A stretch of 32,104 nt of DNA, from contig JWZX01003307.1 of assembly GCA_001275005.1 (NCBI GenBank), forward strand, positions 1 to 32,104. The letters are read 5' to 3'. The position numbers and the translations under genes are program-made. This document shows, one piece after another, positions 29,200 to 32,104 of the stretch; within the stretch, counting starts at the first letter, position 1; each line of letters begins with the position of its first letter. The notes beneath the pieces were generated by a model. It was not told the origin of the DNA and did not search any database. It was given only the letters and a program-made list of their open reading frames with translations. This DNA is from Chrysochromulina tobinii. Lineage: Eukaryota.

Positions 29200-29614
29200 A
29201 CCATTACGTAAGGACGCGCAAAAGGCGACTGGGCGGGGCAAGCGATAAGCGGCCCCGACCCGGCGGCTGTTCGAGTACAAGGCTGGGGTAAGGGGGTCCA
29301 GGGTCCCCGAGCTAGTGGTAACTGCATCCGTAAGTACGCCGGTCCGGTGTCTTTGGGTGTCGAATGATTATCGAATGATATAACCAAGGCTGTGAAACAA
29401 AGTTACTGACTTATCCTTCAGCCCCACCCGCAACCCGGTTCAAGCGCCGACCGTCCCATCGGCGACCACGTTCTTCTTCTCGCTTCGAACCTCACCCCCA
29501 CCCGACGCACCAGGAGCATCCAACCCACTCGTGACTCGATCTCTCACCCCAAGAAGACGCCAAAAGTGCAGTGGCAGGATTCTTTCTCCGCGGTCTCACC
29601 GTCTCATATCAGTC

Positions 29615-31578
29615 TCACCAACCACGGCCACGCGGGCGGCCACGCCCGCCGCCGCCGCCGCCGCCGCCACCACTGCCACCACTGCCACCGCCACCACCGC
29701 CACCACCGCCACCACCGCTGCTCAAGAAGGACGGCACGACCTGCCCCGTTTCCTTAAGCAGCGTGGCGAGCATCGAGCCGATCTTGCCATTGCCTTGTTT
29801 GGGGGTCTCTCCGGGCACAAAGAGGGAGGTTGCCAGCCCCGTATGGCCAGCGCGCCCCGTGCGTCCGATGCGATGCACCACCGAGTCGAAATCCTCCCGT
29901 GCAAAGGGCAAGTCCATGTTGATCACGTGCTCCACGCCTGGCACATCGAGCCCACGGGCCGCCACGTCGGTCGCCACGAGAACGCGGCAGGAGCCCGAAC
30001 GGAAGGCAGCTAGAGCGGCCTCGCGCTGCGACTGCGAACGGTCGCCGTGGATGTCTTCAGCTGCGATTGGCTCAAAGCGCTCCTCCTCGCCACCCTCCGC
30101 GGGGCCGCCGTGGCGAAGCGTCTTCTTGAGCCAGGTGGCCGTGCGCTTCTGTGTCCACAAAGAGGGACGAGCGAGCGGCATGCATGCAGAGGCCATCAGT
30201 GGCAAGGGCGGGGGAGCCGGCATGCATGGTCGGCTCGCAATCAGCGCAATCAGCGAGCAGTCAAGAGGATGCTCATCACGTACCTTCTCCACAAAGACGA
30301 GGGAGCGACCTGACCGGTCCGCAAGCGCCTTGACCACCAGAGCCAGCTTGGCGCGCTTGTCGGCCGTCGCGAGCCAAACGCGCTGCTCGATGCCCTCGAC
30401 GGTCGACCCAACCCGCCCAACGCCAATCCAAACGTACGGGCGCAAGAATTCCTTTGCGAGCTGCTGGATGGGCGCTGGGAAGGTCGCGCTGAAGAGCAAC
30501 GTATGGCGCTCGGCGGCGGCGGGCATCGTGCGCACGATGCGACGGATCTGCGTCACCCAGGCAGAGCGTGCAATCGGGCGCAACCAAAAGAGTCATCAGA
30601 GGTCATCACAGACCATCAGAGGCAGTCAGCATGCAATCAGACGTGCACCTGCGGCTCGAAGCCCATATCGAGCATCCGATCTGCCTCGTCGAGCACCAGG
30701 AAGCGGCAGCCGCGGAGTTCGACGAGTCCTCGTTCGACAAAGTCGTTCAGGCGGCCGGGGGTCGCCACGATGAGGTCGACGCCGAGGGCGAGCTCGCGCG
30801 CCTGCTTGCGCTGGTCGGCGCCGCCGTACACGGCCACGGAGCGGAGCGGACTGCGATTCGTCAACTTTTGGGCCTCGAGCTCGATCTGCGAGGCGAGCTC
30901 ACGCGTGGGGGCCATGATGACGGCGCGAGGCTTGGCGGCACCCGGCTGGCCGACCGTCGTGCCGCCGGCCGCTGGAGACGAGAGCGACGAGCACACGGGG
31001 ATGAGGAAGGCTGCCGTCTTGCCCGAGCCCGTCTGGGCGCAGCACATCAGGTCGCAGCCCGCGAGGGCGAGCGGCACCGCGTGCCTCTGGATGGGGGTCG
31101 GCTTGGAGTAGTTCATCAGCGAGATGTTGCGCAGGAGAAAGGAGGGCAGCGTGAGCGAACCAAAGTCGGAGAAGGGCGCCGCCACGTCAGCACCCGGCCC
31201 ACTCGTCTCCACCTTGATGTCTGCATACTTGTCGAACTGGATGCCCTGAGAGCCCTGCTGCGCAAAGAGCGCCTTCTCGTGCGCGTCCGCCTCCTGTCCA
31301 GTGAGGCCGGCCGCAGCCTTCTTGGCCTCGCCCGACCTGAGCGCCTGCGCCTGGCACTGCTTAAAGTACTCATCCTCGGACCGGTCACGCGCCGCCTCAG
31401 CCGCTTGCTGCTTGCTCCACTTCGACTCCTTGCGGTCCTGGCGACCGAGAGGTGCGCCGACGCCACCCCCGCGGCCACGGCCGGGAGGTGCTCCGCGGTC
31501 AGCACCAGTTCCACCCCGTCCACCGCCGCCTCTGCCCTTCATTGAAGCCGCAGCGCTCCGTCCTTCATGTGAATTCAT
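29615..31578 (-). CDS. DEAD-box RNA helicase, DED1/DDX3-like, three exons
   Basis: Exons 31578 (or 31542)-30649, 30547-30284, 30148-29615; GT-AG introns of 101 and 135 bp. Motifs PTPIQ, AQTGSGKT, PTRELA, TPGRL, DEAD, SAT, FVEKKR, ARGLD, HRIGRTGR. RGG-rich N-terminus and poly-Gly C-terminus. Confidence 0.93.
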
Positions 31579-31762
31579 TATGAACACACAATCACACCGT
31601 GCTCTCCTCGTCGCTTGTACATGTACCGCGAACGGAAGGCGAATTAGGCGCGCCGTGTCGGAAATTTTCCATCCATCCAGCGGCAAATAGATGCACCCCA
31701 GGGCGGATGCGGTGTGCTGAAATCGATTGAATCCTTTTCTCGGCCACTTTGGACTTACCCAT

Positions 31763-31972
31763 GCGTTGTGTTGAATAGCAGCAGCAGCAGTGGCTCGTTT
31801 TACTCTAGAGGGGGAGGCTGCGCCTCCCCCCATGCCGCCGATTAACGGCCTGTGTAATAGCAGGTTGTGTCGGCCACACCTCCGTCCATAGCGATAGAGG
31901 CCCTCGTGCTTGGGGGTCCGGAGGTTTGCGCGTTGTGTTGAGCAGCAGCAGCAGCAGCAGCCAGCAGCAGCA
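31763..31972. repeat. Two GCGTTGTGTTGA-(CAG)n units flanking a GC hairpin
   Basis: Units at 31763-31790 and 31930-31972. Hairpin GGGGGAGGC-tgc-GCCTCCCCC at 31810-31830. Confidence 0.8.
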
Positions 31973-32104
31973 ACAAGTTTGAAACTTGTGGCGAAACTGG
32001 GGTCGAAACGCGCCTTGGAGTTGCCCGAGCGTGCGCTGCAGATGCCTTCGCCGAAGATGTCGGGGGTGCCGCGAGGCCCTCCGCCCGCCGCCGACAAGCC
32101 GCGT

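Noticed and set aside
29430..29462. tRNA T-loop-like GGTTCAAG
   Set aside because: No paired T stem and no D arm, anticodon arm or acceptor stem.
1092..31578. The window as a functional gene cluster or operon-like system
   Set aside because: The genes have unrelated functions and alternate strands; no shared pathway is evident.
31579..32097. N-terminal extension of the helicase ORF including poly-Cys
   Set aside because: Starts at TTG and reads through CAG microsatellites and a hairpin; helicase-like sequence begins at ATG 31578 or 31542.

Overview
This is GC-rich eukaryotic nuclear DNA, not prokaryotic. Evidence: GT-AG introns of about 100-135 bp that restore reading frames, WDR3/UTP12 and a DED1/DDX3-type helicase, and several proteins with signal-peptide plus transit-peptide leaders. 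The leaders point to an alga with a secondary plastid; a haptophyte is my inference, not proven. I find about 17 protein-coding genes plus a possible gene tail at the left edge, mostly in head-to-head pairs. Recognisable products: a GAF (fRMsr-like)-MsrB fusion, a SAM-domain protein with a duplicated C-terminal module, peptide deformylase, a GH76-PAN-somatomedin B mosaic, a 4-exon coiled-coil protein, WDR3/DIP2, an ICMT/PEMT-family methyltransferase, a PPPDE/DeSI peptidase, a bL9-N-domain protein, a class 3 lipase, a TPR-methyltransferase, an RRM protein, a RING-H2 protein and a DEAD-box helicase. I saw no rRNA, tRNA, CRISPR array or transposase. Best leads are the possible dual methionine-R-sulfoxide reductase, the GH76 with modules apparently inserted inside its barrel, the signal-peptide TPR-methyltransferase, and several recurring intergenic motifs and hairpins. 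All family calls are by motif recognition; no database search was run.
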